DNA of 32,000 bases from Planctomycetales bacterium (GCA_022646745.1 CP060262.1:3450001-3482000); one strand, 5' to 3'; counted from the stretch's first letter, positions 18,808-27,776 are shown. Notes: generated by a model from the sequence alone, not told the origin. A program made the numbers and translations.

Positions 18808-20055
18808 ATGATTAATCTGATTATGATTCTTGCAGTTCAATGGTTCATCTTCAGTCAGAGCAGCACACATATCGAAAGCAATGACCGAGTTTTTCCTGTG
18901 TCAGGAGTCGATGTAAACTCTCAGACATTGAACTTATCAAACTATCATTCTGGTATTTTCACAGAAGAGTTCACCTACTCGAATGTAAGAGTTCTTGATA
19001 GAAATATTGATGGCTTTCATGCAGTCTTGTCGGACGGAGCAAAATCCTCCAAGCTATTTTTTGTTGGAGACTCTGTTTTGAAGTTTGATATTTCACCCTA
19101 TTATTTTGAAAATTTTATAACGGCCCGCAGAACGAGTGATTATTGGGAGTTTTGGGTTATCAAACACGGAGAGTTATGCTTTGCAGATTATGATGACGAA
19201 CAGATTTCAGCAGATCCAACGATTATAATGAATGTGGATGTTTCAAATCATAACTACATAATACTTACAGATGATGACAATCTGTATATACTTGATTCTT
19301 CTGGCCTTACAAATATCGACTGTAGGAGCAAGATGATACTGTGGTCTATCAAGACACCAGAGATAGACAATATTTCAAATTCATTTCTATATTCATGGGA
19401 TGGTAATGTTTGCATTGCCTATAATGGTGGTGTGCTATGTTTCAATCCGATAAGCGGCAAGAAAACCAAATCCATAGAGTGGAGCATGCCAATTGATGAG
19501 ACTGTCAGAAGATTTGAAATAGAAGACTCTTTGGATTTGAGTGAACTACATGGTAAAAGTTCATATTTGAATATACAGAATATTGTAAACACCCGAACTA
19601 GTACTTATATCATGCTACCAATGTGTATAATCAATGATGGTTCACCTGAATGTACCTATTTTAGAATCCTTGCAAGCTATTGTTACGAGAGTGATCGCTG
19701 GCTATATGTAACAGGGACTCCAGATTTTCAAATTTACAGTAGCGCTGTTCTGGGAGATGATGCCCATGCTGTACTAGTGTATAGTGATCAAAGAATTAAA
19801 CTACAGAGAAGAGAGCACACTATATATTCAGTCGGAGATCGATTTGCAGCAATCATCGTGAATGATCTGAGCAAATCACAAATCGAAAGAAGGATCGATG
19901 TTTATGACAATCTTCATGGCACTTTTGCTACATTTGATGTAGGAGACGCAATACCAGTTTTTCTGCATTGTACTAATGATGGAACCATTGTGTTTGATCT
20001 CGAAAACAACATATATTGGATAGATGATGTCAGTGGAACTCCATCATTGCGCTAA
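18808..20055 (+). CDS. Hypothetical secreted or membrane-anchored protein encoded in low-GC DNA, possibly beta-propeller-like
   Basis: The track ORF 18718-20055 begins inside repeat A1. The ATG at 18808 has AGGAG 10 nt upstream and gives MINLIMILAVQWFIFSQS as a hydrophobic N-terminus. Segments such as NLYILDSSGLTNIDCRSKMILWS and GGVLCFNPISGKKTKSIEW resemble PQQ-type propeller blades, but only weakly. Confidence 0.65.
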   Translation: MINLIMILAVQWFIFSQSSTHIESNDRVFPVSGVDVNSQTLNLSNYHSGIFTEEFTYSNVRVLDRNIDGFHAVLSDGAKSSKLFFVGDSVLKFDISPYYFENFITARRTSDYWEFWVIKHGELCFADYDDEQISADPTIIMNVDVSNHNYIILTDDDNLYILDSSGLTNIDCRSKMILWSIKTPEIDNISNSFLYSWDGNVCIAYNGGVLCFNPISGKKTKSIEWSMPIDETVRRFEIEDSLDLSELHGKSSYLNIQNIVNTRTSTYIMLPMCIINDGSPECTYFRILASYCYESDRWLYVTGTPDFQIYSSAVLGDDAHAVLVYSDQRIKLQRREHTIYSVGDRFAAIIVNDLSKSQIERRIDVYDNLHGTFATFDVGDAIPVFLHCTNDGTIVFDLENNIYWIDDVSGTPSLR

Positions 20056-20069
20056 AGTTAGACAATATA

Positions 20070-20612
20070 ATGACTAATCAAAAGAAGTCTTCTGTAGCTA
20101 CAGTACCCTACATGCTATGCGTTATCGTAGTGTCCGTTTCTGTTGCTCTCATTTCATCATGTGATAAATCGAACAAGCATTCAACAAAATCACCAACCAT
20201 ATCCAGTACTGACGCGCAGCTACCCGCCGACTGGCCTATAAATGAGCTGAAACTTCCAGAGAATGTTAATTGGAGTGAATTACCACCTCATATTAGATTT
20301 GCCGGTAACAAATATCATTACTTCAATGACATCTCAAATGCCAGTGAAGAGAATTGGGTAGTAGGATTCAATCGTTCTGGGCTCTACTGGGAAGAAGTAT
20401 CAGAGTTGGCAAAGACTTCCTTGCTTGATTCAGGTTTCATTCTTGATCCCAACCCGACTTATCCAAATGATAAACAGATGAATGAATATATCAGCGCTGA
20501 TGGAAAAACCAGTGTACGGGTTTACTTCAGCCATTTTGAAGCTTCAAAAATGGATACCATTAACAATAGTGCTGATACGTTTATTTATTTCATTCATATT
20601 GATAAGCAATAA
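20070..20612 (+). CDS. Hypothetical lipoprotein encoded in low-GC DNA
   Basis: 180 aa with a hydrophobic segment and the lipobox-like VALISSC. I recognise no family. Confidence 0.6.
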   Translation: MTNQKKSSVATVPYMLCVIVVSVSVALISSCDKSNKHSTKSPTISSTDAQLPADWPINELKLPENVNWSELPPHIRFAGNKYHYFNDISNASEENWVVGFNRSGLYWEEVSELAKTSLLDSGFILDPNPTYPNDKQMNEYISADGKTSVRVYFSHFEASKMDTINNSADTFIYFIHIDKQ

Positions 20613-20716
20613 ATCCCGGATTTCATCTCGTAATTGAACAAGTTCTTGGAAGCATACTGAGAAGTCTCCACCGAGCAGGCTCTGTCACAGAGCTTGCGAA
20701 GCTGCGCTTCGCAGCT

Positions 20717-20868
20717 TCCGGAGCCGCGTTGCGGAGTCAGGCAGTGACGAAGCTGCGCAGGCTCTCGTAAGCAATGAGTGCAGAGTGTTGAGCAATGAGC
20801 CAAACTCAGGACGAGGTCATCTCAAATCCAGTCAGGCTCATTGCTCACTCTTTATTGCTCATTGCTGG
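20717..20868 (+). repeat. Repeat family A, copy 2 (152 bp), right flank of the low-GC cassette
   Basis: See copy 1. It is itself bracketed by two copies of AGCTT(G/A)CGAAGCTGCGCTTCGCAGCT, at about 20691-20716 and 20901-20926. Each contains the hairpin GAAGCTGCG-CTT-CGCAGCTTC; the last pairs are imperfect in the second copy. Confidence 0.9.
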
Positions 20869-21008
20869 CTGGAATGGATCTGCTTGCACACATCCAACAA
20901 AGCTTACGAAGCTGCGCTTCGCAGCTCCGATCCCCACCCCTTTAACCTGATCCGGCTCCCGATGGGATAATAGAAGCTGGCGTGGGCCCAAGCCCCGCCG
21001 GGGTATGC

Positions 21009-24000
21009 ATGTCAGTAGTTGAGAAGAAGAAAGCCGGGGTCAAGATCCCCATCCGCATCGTCACCGCCGCCGCACTGTTCGACGGCCACGATGCGTCGAT
21101 CAACATCATGCGCCGCATCCTGCAGGCCAGCGGTGTCGAGGTGATCCACCTCGGGCACAACCGCAGCGTGGAGGAGATCGTGAACGCCGCGATCCAGGAG
21201 GATGCGCAGGGCATCGCCGTCACGAGCTACCAGGGCGGGCACATGGAGTTCTTCACCTACATGCGCCAGATGTTGGATGAGCGTGGCGCTGGCCACATCC
21301 GCATCTTCGGCGGCGGCGGCGGCGTGATCGTGCCGCGTGAGATCGAGGAGCTGCACAAGGCCGGCATCGACCGCATCTTCTCCCCCGACGACGGGCGCAA
21401 GCTCGGCCTGCAGGGCATGATCGACCTCGTGATCGCCGGCTGCAACTACGACCCGCTGGAGCAGGACCTGAAGGTGAACGGCAGCTCGCTTCCGCTGGCG
21501 CGCAACATCACCATCGCCGAGCGTGGCGACGAAAGCCACAGCTTCTACGAAATTGGCGACGGCTCCGACAGGACCATCCCGGTGATCGGCCTGACGGGCA
21601 CCGGTGGTGCCGGCAAGAGCAGCCTGACCGACGAGCTGGTGCGCCGCTTCATCAACGACTTCCACGACAAGCGCATCGCCGTGATCTGCGTCGACCCGAC
21701 CAAGCGCCGCACCGGTGGTGCGCTGCTGGGCGACCGCATCCGCTTCAATACGCTGAAGAACAACCGCGTCTACCTGCGCTCGCTGGCAACGCGTGACAGC
21801 AACAGCGAAATCAGTGAGCAGGTCGGCCCCGTGATCGACACCGTCAGGCGTGCCGGATACGACTTGATCCTCGTGGAGACCGCCGGCATCGGCCAGGGCG
21901 ACAGCGAGATCACGAAGTACGTGGACCTCTCGCTGTACGTGATGACGGCGGAGTATGGCGCGCCGAGCCAGCTTGAGAAGATCGAGATGCTGGACTACGC
22001 CGACTTCGTGGTGATCAACAAGTTCAGCCGCCGCGGCAGCGAGGATGCCCTGCGTGATGTGCGCAAGCAGTACCAGCGCAACCGCGAGGCCTTCCACCTG
22101 CGTCCCGAGGAACTGCCCGTGTTCGGCACGAATGCCGCGCAGTTCAATGACGGCGGCGTGACCGCACTGTACGCCCACATGGTGGCGCAGCTAAATGAGA
22201 AGTTCCAGCTCGGCTGGCAGAGCCAGCACCAGCCTGACAAAACGCGGGCCTCGAAGATCAGCCAGTACATCATCCCGCCGGGACGCGAGCGCTACCTGTC
22301 CGAGATTGCCGATGTCAGCCGCAAGTACCGCGACTGGGCCTCAGAGCAGGCCGGGATTGCCAGTGAACTGGATTCGCTGCAGCAGGCGATCATGCTGCTG
22401 GGCGGACCTGGCAACACGGACTGGAAGGAATACGACAGCAAGACACATGGCAATGCCAGCGATGGCGTGCGCGACCTGATGGACGCCTATGACAATCGCC
22501 TCGACCGGCTGGACAACCGCTGCCGCAAGCTGCTGCGCGACTGGCAGGACTGGGATGCCAACTACAGTGGCGATGAATTCAGCTACACCGTGAGGGGCCG
22601 TGAGATCAAGGTGCGCACGCATCGTGAGAGCCTCAGTGGCAACATGATCCCGCGCGTGGCGCGGCCGAAGTACCGCGATGCCGGTGACCGCCTGCAGTGG
22701 CGCCTGCTGGAGAACGTGCCGGGTGAGTTCCCCTACACCGCCGGCACCTTCCCCTTCAAGCGTGAGGCGGAGGACCCGACCCGCATGTTCGCCGGCGAGG
22801 GCCCGGCGGAGCGCACCAATGCGCGCTTCCACTACCTCGCCGAGGGCCAGCCGGCCAAACGCCTGTCAACTGCCTTCGACTCAATCACGCTGTACGGTGA
22901 GGAGCCGCACCTGCGGCCGGACATCTACGGCAAGATCGGTGAGAGCGGCGTTGCCATTTTTACCACCGAGGAGGCGGAGCAGCTGTACGCCGGCTTCGAC
23001 CTTGTCAGCCCCAATACATCGGTATCTATGACAATCAATGGCCCGGCGCCGACCGTGCTGGCCTTCTTCATGAATGCGGCGACGCGCCAGCAGTGCCGCA
23101 GGTACCTGAAGGAAAATGGCAGGCTGGACATCAGCGATGAGCAGATCTACCAGCCGGACCGCCTGCGCGGGGCGCACTGGGACGATGTGCGCGCCCTGTT
23201 ATCAGATGAGGAGTACCTGAGGATCCGCGAGGAGACCATGGCCCAGGTGCGCGGCACGGTGCAGGCCGACATCCTCAAGGAGGACCAGGGCCAGAACACC
23301 TGCCTGTTCTCGACGGAGTTCAGCCTGAAGCTGATGGGCGACGTGCAGGAGTACTTCTCCGCCAACGGCGTGCGCAACTTCTACAGCGTCAGCATCAGCG
23401 GCTACCACATCGCCGAGGCCGGAGCAAACCCGATCCACCAGCTGGCCTTCACGCTGGCCAACGGTTTCACCTACGTGGAGTACTACCTGGCGCGCGGGAT
23501 GGACATCAATGAGTTCGCGCCGAACCTGAGCTTCTTCTTCTCCAACGGCATGGACCCGGAGTACACGGTGATCGGCCGTGTTGCCAGAAGGATCTGGTCC
23601 ACTGCTATGCGCGACAAGTACGGCGCGGACGCCCGCAGCCAGATGCTGAAGTACCACATCCAGACCAGCGGGCGCAGCCTGCATGCGATGGAGATGGAGT
23701 TCAACGACATCCGCACCACCCTGCAGGCGCTCTTGGCGATCTATGACAACGCCCAGAGCCTGCATACCAATGCCTTCGATGAGGCGATCACCACGCCGAC
23801 GCGGGAAAGTGTGCGCCGCGCGATGGCGATCCAGCTGATCATCAACCGAGAGTTCGGCAAGGTTTTCTGTGAGAACAGCACCCAGGGCAGCTTCCTCGTG
23901 GAGGAACTGACCGACCTCGTGGAAGCGGAAGTGCTGAAGGAGTTCGACCGCATCTCGGAGCGCGGCGGCGTGCTCGGCGCGATGGAGCGCCAGTACCAGC

Positions 24001-24353
24001 GCGGCGAGATCCAGGATGACAGCCTGAAGTACGAGCGCATGAAGCATGACGGCTCGCTGCCGATCGTGGGCGTGAACACCTTCATTGACAACAGCAAGGA
24101 CTACGCCAGCGAGCAGGATGTGGAACTGAGCCGCGCCAGCACTGAGGAGAAGCAGCAGTGCCTCTCGCGCCTGGCAGGCTTCCATGAACACTACGCCGAC
24201 AAGGCCCCGGCCGCCCTTGAGAAGCTGCGTCAGGTGGCGCTCGAGAATGGCAATGTATTCGCGGAACTGCTGGACTGCGTGCAGTACTGCTCACTGGGCC
24301 AGGTCACGAATGCCCTGTTCGAGGTCGGCGGGGAGTACCGGCGGAACCTGTAG
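21009..24353 (+). CDS. icmF: Fused isobutyryl-CoA mutase (B12-binding domain + MeaB-like G-protein + mutase TIM-barrel domain)
   Basis: N-terminal B12 motif FDGHDASINIM. Central P-loop GLTGTGGAGKSSL with NKF(S) (VVINKFSRRG). The long C-terminal region is methylmalonyl-CoA-mutase-like. The domain order matches IcmF. The track start is 20982; ATG 21009 (MSVVEKKKAG) is more likely. Confidence 0.9.
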   Translation: MSVVEKKKAGVKIPIRIVTAAALFDGHDASINIMRRILQASGVEVIHLGHNRSVEEIVNAAIQEDAQGIAVTSYQGGHMEFFTYMRQMLDERGAGHIRIFGGGGGVIVPREIEELHKAGIDRIFSPDDGRKLGLQGMIDLVIAGCNYDPLEQDLKVNGSSLPLARNITIAERGDESHSFYEIGDGSDRTIPVIGLTGTGGAGKSSLTDELVRRFINDFHDKRIAVICVDPTKRRTGGALLGDRIRFNTLKNNRVYLRSLATRDSNSEISEQVGPVIDTVRRAGYDLILVETAGIGQGDSEITKYVDLSLYVMTAEYGAPSQLEKIEMLDYADFVVINKFSRRGSEDALRDVRKQYQRNREAFHLRPEELPVFGTNAAQFNDGGVTALYAHMVAQLNEKFQLGWQSQHQPDKTRASKISQYIIPPGRERYLSEIADVSRKYRDWASEQAGIASELDSLQQAIMLLGGPGNTDWKEYDSKTHGNASDGVRDLMDAYDNRLDRLDNRCRKLLRDWQDWDANYSGDEFSYTVRGREIKVRTHRESLSGNMIPRVARPKYRDAGDRLQWRLLENVPGEFPYTAGTFPFKREAEDPTRMFAGEGPAERTNARFHYLAEGQPAKRLSTAFDSITLYGEEPHLRPDIYGKIGESGVAIFTTEEAEQLYAGFDLVSPNTSVSMTINGPAPTVLAFFMNAATRQQCRRYLKENGRLDISDEQIYQPDRLRGAHWDDVRALLSDEEYLRIREETMAQVRGTVQADILKEDQGQNTCLFSTEFSLKLMGDVQEYFSANGVRNFYSVSISGYHIAEAGANPIHQLAFTLANGFTYVEYYLARGMDINEFAPNLSFFFSNGMDPEYTVIGRVARRIWSTAMRDKYGADARSQMLKYHIQTSGRSLHAMEMEFNDIRTTLQALLAIYDNAQSLHTNAFDEAITTPTRESVRRAMAIQLIINREFGKVFCENSTQGSFLVEELTDLVEAEVLKEFDRISERGGVLGAMERQYQRGEIQDDSLKYERMKHDGSLPIVGVNTFIDNSKDYASEQDVELSRASTEEKQQCLSRLAGFHEHYADKAPAALEKLRQVALENGNVFAELLDCVQYCSLGQVTNALFEVGGEYRRNL

Positions 24354-24493
24354 GAAGGTTGGAGTTGGGAGGTAGGAGTTTGGAGGCCAAGCTGTAAGCT
24401 TGGCAATGCCAGGCAGAACTACCTGGCCTCCGATTTCGCGCAGTTCCGGCTACGCCTCCGCAACGCGGCTCCGCAAGCAATGAGCAATGAGCC
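24354..24493. repeat. Composite of repeat modules: family C copy 2, a hairpin, an inverted A-start module and a GCAATGA module
   Basis: Purine-rich module GAAGGTTGGAGTTGGGAGGTAGGAGTTTGG (24354-24383, overlapping the next module by 2 nt). GGAGGCCAAGCTGTAAGCTTGGCAA (24382-24406) is the exact reverse complement of 152-176. Hairpin GCCAGG-N8-CCTGGC (24408-24427). CCGCAACGCGGCTCC (24458-24472) is the reverse complement of the start of family A copy 2 (one mismatch to copy 1). GCAAGCAATGAGCAATGAGCC lies at 24473-24493. Confidence 0.8.
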
Positions 24494-24551
24494 AGTCCAC
24501 CAGCAAGGTAGTCAGGCACTTGTTTCGCTGGACCGGTTCTATAATCAGCCC

Positions 24552-25715
24552 ATGAAAACAGTGCTACAGACAATCTGCATCACCACAGTGCTGATACTGA
24601 CCTGTTCCTGCAATGAAGGTGAAACTGACAAGCAGACCCAGCAGGCTGCAAGTCCAGCCCCCATTGCAAAGCCTGAAGTGATAGAGCGCAAGGAACTCAA
24701 CCCGCGGAAACTGCACACGCTCCAGTGGCACGACGATTGGGTGGATCTGCTTGCCTTTACACCTGACAGCAGGACGCTGGCAACAATGAGCAGCAGGGAC
24801 CATACGATTCGCCTGTGGGATGTTGAGAGTGGCTCGGAGAAGCATGTGCTGCGCGGACACGAGGACTTCATCTGGCACATTGATGTCAGTCCGGACGGCA
24901 AGCACATTGCCAGTGCCAGCAAGGATGACACTGCCCGGATCTGGGACATTGACAGCGGTGAACAGGTTCATCTGCTGAAGGGACATACCGACAATGTACG
25001 CTGGGTGGATTACAGCCCGGACGGGAGCCTGCTTGTTTCGGCTGGGTCTGACGGCGACATCCGTATCTGGGACACAAGCACCGGAAAATGCAGAAAGACC
25101 CTTTCCAAGAACGAGAAGGCAGTGAACTTTGCCAATTTCAGCCCAGATGGCAGCATGCTCGTAAGTGGCGGTACGGATATGATCACGCGCATCTGGGATG
25201 TGGCAAGCGGGAAAGCCCTGCAGCAATTGTCCGGCCACCGGGATCAGGTGTTCCGCGGTGATTTCACACCTGATGGAAAGCAGGTCCTGACAATCGGACA
25301 CGACAATCGTGGTCTGCTCTGGGACGCAGTCACCGGCGAGGAAGTACAGAAGTTCCTTGGTGCAACTGACACACTCTTCAATATGGAGATAAGTCCGGAT
25401 GGAAGCCAGGCAGTGCTGATAAGCCTGGAGAATCACTGCCGCCTGTGGAATCTGAGGAAGAATCCTGGTGATCCCATACTGCTTGATCACCACGACAAAG
25501 TTAGTGATGCAGAATTCACTCCAGATGGCAATTATGTAGCTACTTGTGGCATGGATGGCTGGATCATGATCTGGAGTATTCCGGATGGCCAGTTGGTGCT
25601 AACGGTCCAGGAATTTTCCAACCTTGTTCCAAGTATCGCCATCAGTCCGGACGGCCGGTTCATTGCAGGTGGAAACTCAGACGGACAAACCAAGGTCTGG
25701 CAGCTGGCTGACTAG
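24552..25715 (+). CDS. WD40-repeat beta-propeller protein with an N-terminal hydrophobic signal sequence
   Basis: Repeated LxGHxDxVxxVxFSPDGxxLxSxSxDxTIRIWD-type units, for example LRGHEDFIWHIDVSPDGKHIASASKDDTARIWD. The track start at 24480 (MSNEP) is encoded by the GCAATGA repeat. ATG 24552 gives MKTVLQTICITTVLILTCSC. Confidence 0.9.
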   Translation: MKTVLQTICITTVLILTCSCNEGETDKQTQQAASPAPIAKPEVIERKELNPRKLHTLQWHDDWVDLLAFTPDSRTLATMSSRDHTIRLWDVESGSEKHVLRGHEDFIWHIDVSPDGKHIASASKDDTARIWDIDSGEQVHLLKGHTDNVRWVDYSPDGSLLVSAGSDGDIRIWDTSTGKCRKTLSKNEKAVNFANFSPDGSMLVSGGTDMITRIWDVASGKALQQLSGHRDQVFRGDFTPDGKQVLTIGHDNRGLLWDAVTGEEVQKFLGATDTLFNMEISPDGSQAVLISLENHCRLWNLRKNPGDPILLDHHDKVSDAEFTPDGNYVATCGMDGWIMIWSIPDGQLVLTVQEFSNLVPSIAISPDGRFIAGGNSDGQTKVWQLAD

Positions 25716-25738
25716 CAGGCATGAGCCTGCGCGGCTCC

Positions 25739-25790
25739 GGTGTGTAGCTCTAAGTGCTACAAGGCCATGTCGGTCAAAGACCGACACTCC
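25739..25790. repeat. Repeat family B, copy 2 (inverted relative to copy 1)
   Basis: GTAGCTCT-AA-GTGCTAC and GTCGGTC-AAA-GACCGAC hairpins. By hand, 45/52 positions match the reverse complement of 7713-7764. It is preceded by GCAGGC-ATGA-GCCTGC (25716-25731) and by CGCGGCTCCGG, the reverse complement of the family A start. Confidence 0.85.
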
Positions 25791-26065
25791 GCCAGAAAAG
25801 CAGAACCCCGGCCCTGCTCCACCCTCACATCGGAACAGTCGCCGGGGTCCTTGGCTTACAAGTCAGACAGGCGGGAGATTGCAGCTCCCTTCCTGCGGCC
25901 TCCCGGGTCCATACTCCCGGAAGCCTGAGTCTGACGGGGTCATCTCAGTTGTGGTCACCGTCTGCGAGCTCCGGCAACCACGACATATGAGACCAGCACC
26001 GGTAACTTTTGTTCCCGCTGATTTAAGCGGAATTTAACGAAGTGCGGACTGCGGCTTTTCGCGGA

Positions 26066-26995
26066 TCAGTAGAGCGGTTCTTCGCCCGCCGGGCGGGTCT
26101 TCCAACGCTTGTGGCCCCACAGCCACTGCGTCGGGTCCTCGATCAGCACCTGCTCGTACATCTCATTCACGCGGCGCAGCACTTCAAGCTGTGCCTCGTT
26201 GTTGTCCTCCGGCAGGTCTTCGAGGTTGACCGGGCGGAAGTACACCTTATGCCGTCCCGGCCGGATGCGGCGGCTGAACAGCAGCACCATCGGGGCTCCG
26301 GTACGCACACCGAGCGCGCCGGGCCCGGGCACGGTGCTGGCCTGGATCCCGCAGAATGGCACGAACACGCCGGTGGTGCCCCCATTGACGTCCGCCACCA
26401 AGCCGAGGATGTCACCGGCGCGTAGGGTCTTCAGGATGGAGGCGTTCGCATTCTTGCCGGCGTAGATGTTCTGGATGTCGAAGCGCGCCCGCCAGGGGAA
26501 GGCGATGTTCGTGAAGAAGGGGTCCGCCTGGCGCTTGCCCACGGCGTGCATCACGCGGATGTTCTTCGTGACCCAGGCCGCCACCAGCTCCCAGTTGCCG
26601 TAATGCATGCCGACGGCGATCAGGCCCTTGCCCTTGGCCAGGCCCTCGTGCATGTGCTCGAGGCCCTCGACTTCCTCCACCATGTCGTAGATCTGCTGCT
26701 TGCCCTTGATGCCGAACATGATGAACTCCATCACGTGGCAGCCGATGTTCCAGGCGGCGTCGCGCCCGATCCGCCAGGCTTCTTCCCGAGTCTTCTGGCC
26801 GCGGAAGGCCAGCTCGATGTTGCGCATGCTGGTGCGGCGCCAGCGGCTGAACATGTACCACAGCAGCACCCCGAGGTTGCCACCGACGCGGATCGCCACG
26901 CGCTGCGGCAGCACACGTGCAATGAACATCATCATGTAGACGAGCATGTGCGCCGGGAAATTGCGGACCTTGTAGTACCACTCAGGCTTCGACAC
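26066..26995 (-). CDS. Lysophospholipid / lipid A biosynthesis acyltransferase (LpxL/HtrB family)
   Basis: 309 aa. The family motif is GLIAVGMHYGNWEL (HxxxxE/D type). The N-terminus is hydrophobic and the overall layout matches Lip_A_acyltrans proteins. The start codon is GTG. Confidence 0.8.
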   Translation of the reverse strand: MSKPEWYYKVRNFPAHMLVYMMMFIARVLPQRVAIRVGGNLGVLLWYMFSRWRRTSMRNIELAFRGQKTREEAWRIGRDAAWNIGCHVMEFIMFGIKGKQQIYDMVEEVEGLEHMHEGLAKGKGLIAVGMHYGNWELVAAWVTKNIRVMHAVGKRQADPFFTNIAFPWRARFDIQNIYAGKNANASILKTLRAGDILGLVADVNGGTTGVFVPFCGIQASTVPGPGALGVRTGAPMVLLFSRRIRPGRHKVYFRPVNLEDLPEDNNEAQLEVLRRVNEMYEQVLIEDPTQWLWGHKRWKTRPAGEEPLY

Positions 26996-27008
26996 AGCTC
27001 AATTGTAG

Positions 27009-27776
27009 ATGCCTGCATCGCATATACTTCCCCGCGTGGCAGCGACCGCCGACGCCAAACGCCCCCCCGTGCCCAGCTGGATCGGTGTCGTGTGTGCACT
27101 GCTGGTGGTGATCCCCTACTACGGAATGGCGATCCTGTCCGGCATCGCAGTGCAGCGGGAGGGGATCGGTGAGCTGCCCACGCTGCTGCAGACCCTGCAG
27201 CAGGCCTTCCTGATCACGGGCATATTCTGCGGCCTGACCTGGGTGCTCCTGCGCTATGTCTGCCAGGAGGATGTAGCCAGCCTCAGCCGACCCGGGGGCA
27301 GCCTGCTGGTGGACTTCCTGCATGCGGTCAACATCAGCGCACTGCTGCTGGTGGCGCAGATCGCGATCGGGATGAGCATGGGAATCGAGAAGCATGCCAC
27401 GCCGGAGTTCAACCTGCTGCTTGGCAAGCAGCTGCAGAGCAGCCCGCTGGCGCTTCTGGTCTGGGCCGGTCCGGTGGCCTGGCTGCAGGCCGGGCTGACC
27501 GAGGAATTCACGCGCGCCTTCGTGCTGACGCGCCTGTGGAAGCAGTGGCAGTCCCCGGCCGCGCAGTTCACATCGCTTGTGCTGATGTCCGCCCTGTTCG
27601 GGATGGGGCATTTCTACCAGGGCTGGCCCGGGGTGATTGGCACCTTCGCAATCGGCATGGTGTTCGGCTTCCACTACATGCGCTTCCGCTCGCTGCGGGC
27701 GATCGTGCTCGGACACGGCATCTACGACACGACCGTGATGCTGCTGCTCTGGCTGGGCTCCTCGCTGGCGATGTAA
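27009..27776 (+). CDS. CPBP (CAAX) family intramembrane glutamic endopeptidase
   Basis: Polytopic membrane protein with the three family motifs in order: TEEFTRAF (EExxxR), SALFGMGHFYQG (FxxxH), LGHGIYDT (HxxxD). Confidence 0.85.
   Translation: MPASHILPRVAATADAKRPPVPSWIGVVCALLVVIPYYGMAILSGIAVQREGIGELPTLLQTLQQAFLITGIFCGLTWVLLRYVCQEDVASLSRPGGSLLVDFLHAVNISALLLVAQIAIGMSMGIEKHATPEFNLLLGKQLQSSPLALLVWAGPVAWLQAGLTEEFTRAFVLTRLWKQWQSPAAQFTSLVLMSALFGMGHFYQGWPGVIGTFAIGMVFGFHYMRFRSLRAIVLGHGIYDTTVMLLLWLGSSLAM

Noticed and set aside
18594-20868. Interpreting the repeat-flanked cassette as an IS element, a composite transposon or an integrase-mediated island
   Set aside because: No transposase, integrase or recombinase-like ORF lies in or next to it. 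There are no terminal inverted repeats at the cassette ends and no short target-site duplication. The 152-bp repeats are direct, and parts of them recur elsewhere (24458-24493). The mechanism is left open rather than called.
20869-21008. A cobalamin riboswitch upstream of the B12-dependent icmF
   Set aside because: No B12-box-like conserved core is recognisable, and the region is mostly repeat hairpins. Such riboswitches normally control B12 uptake or synthesis genes rather than B12-dependent mutases.
25624-26037. ORFs in the WD40/acyltransferase gap (25624-26037, 25740-25928, 25754-25990)
   Set aside because: The translations are Pro/Arg/Ser-rich and overlap repeat family B and hairpin structures. 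The region is treated as non-coding.
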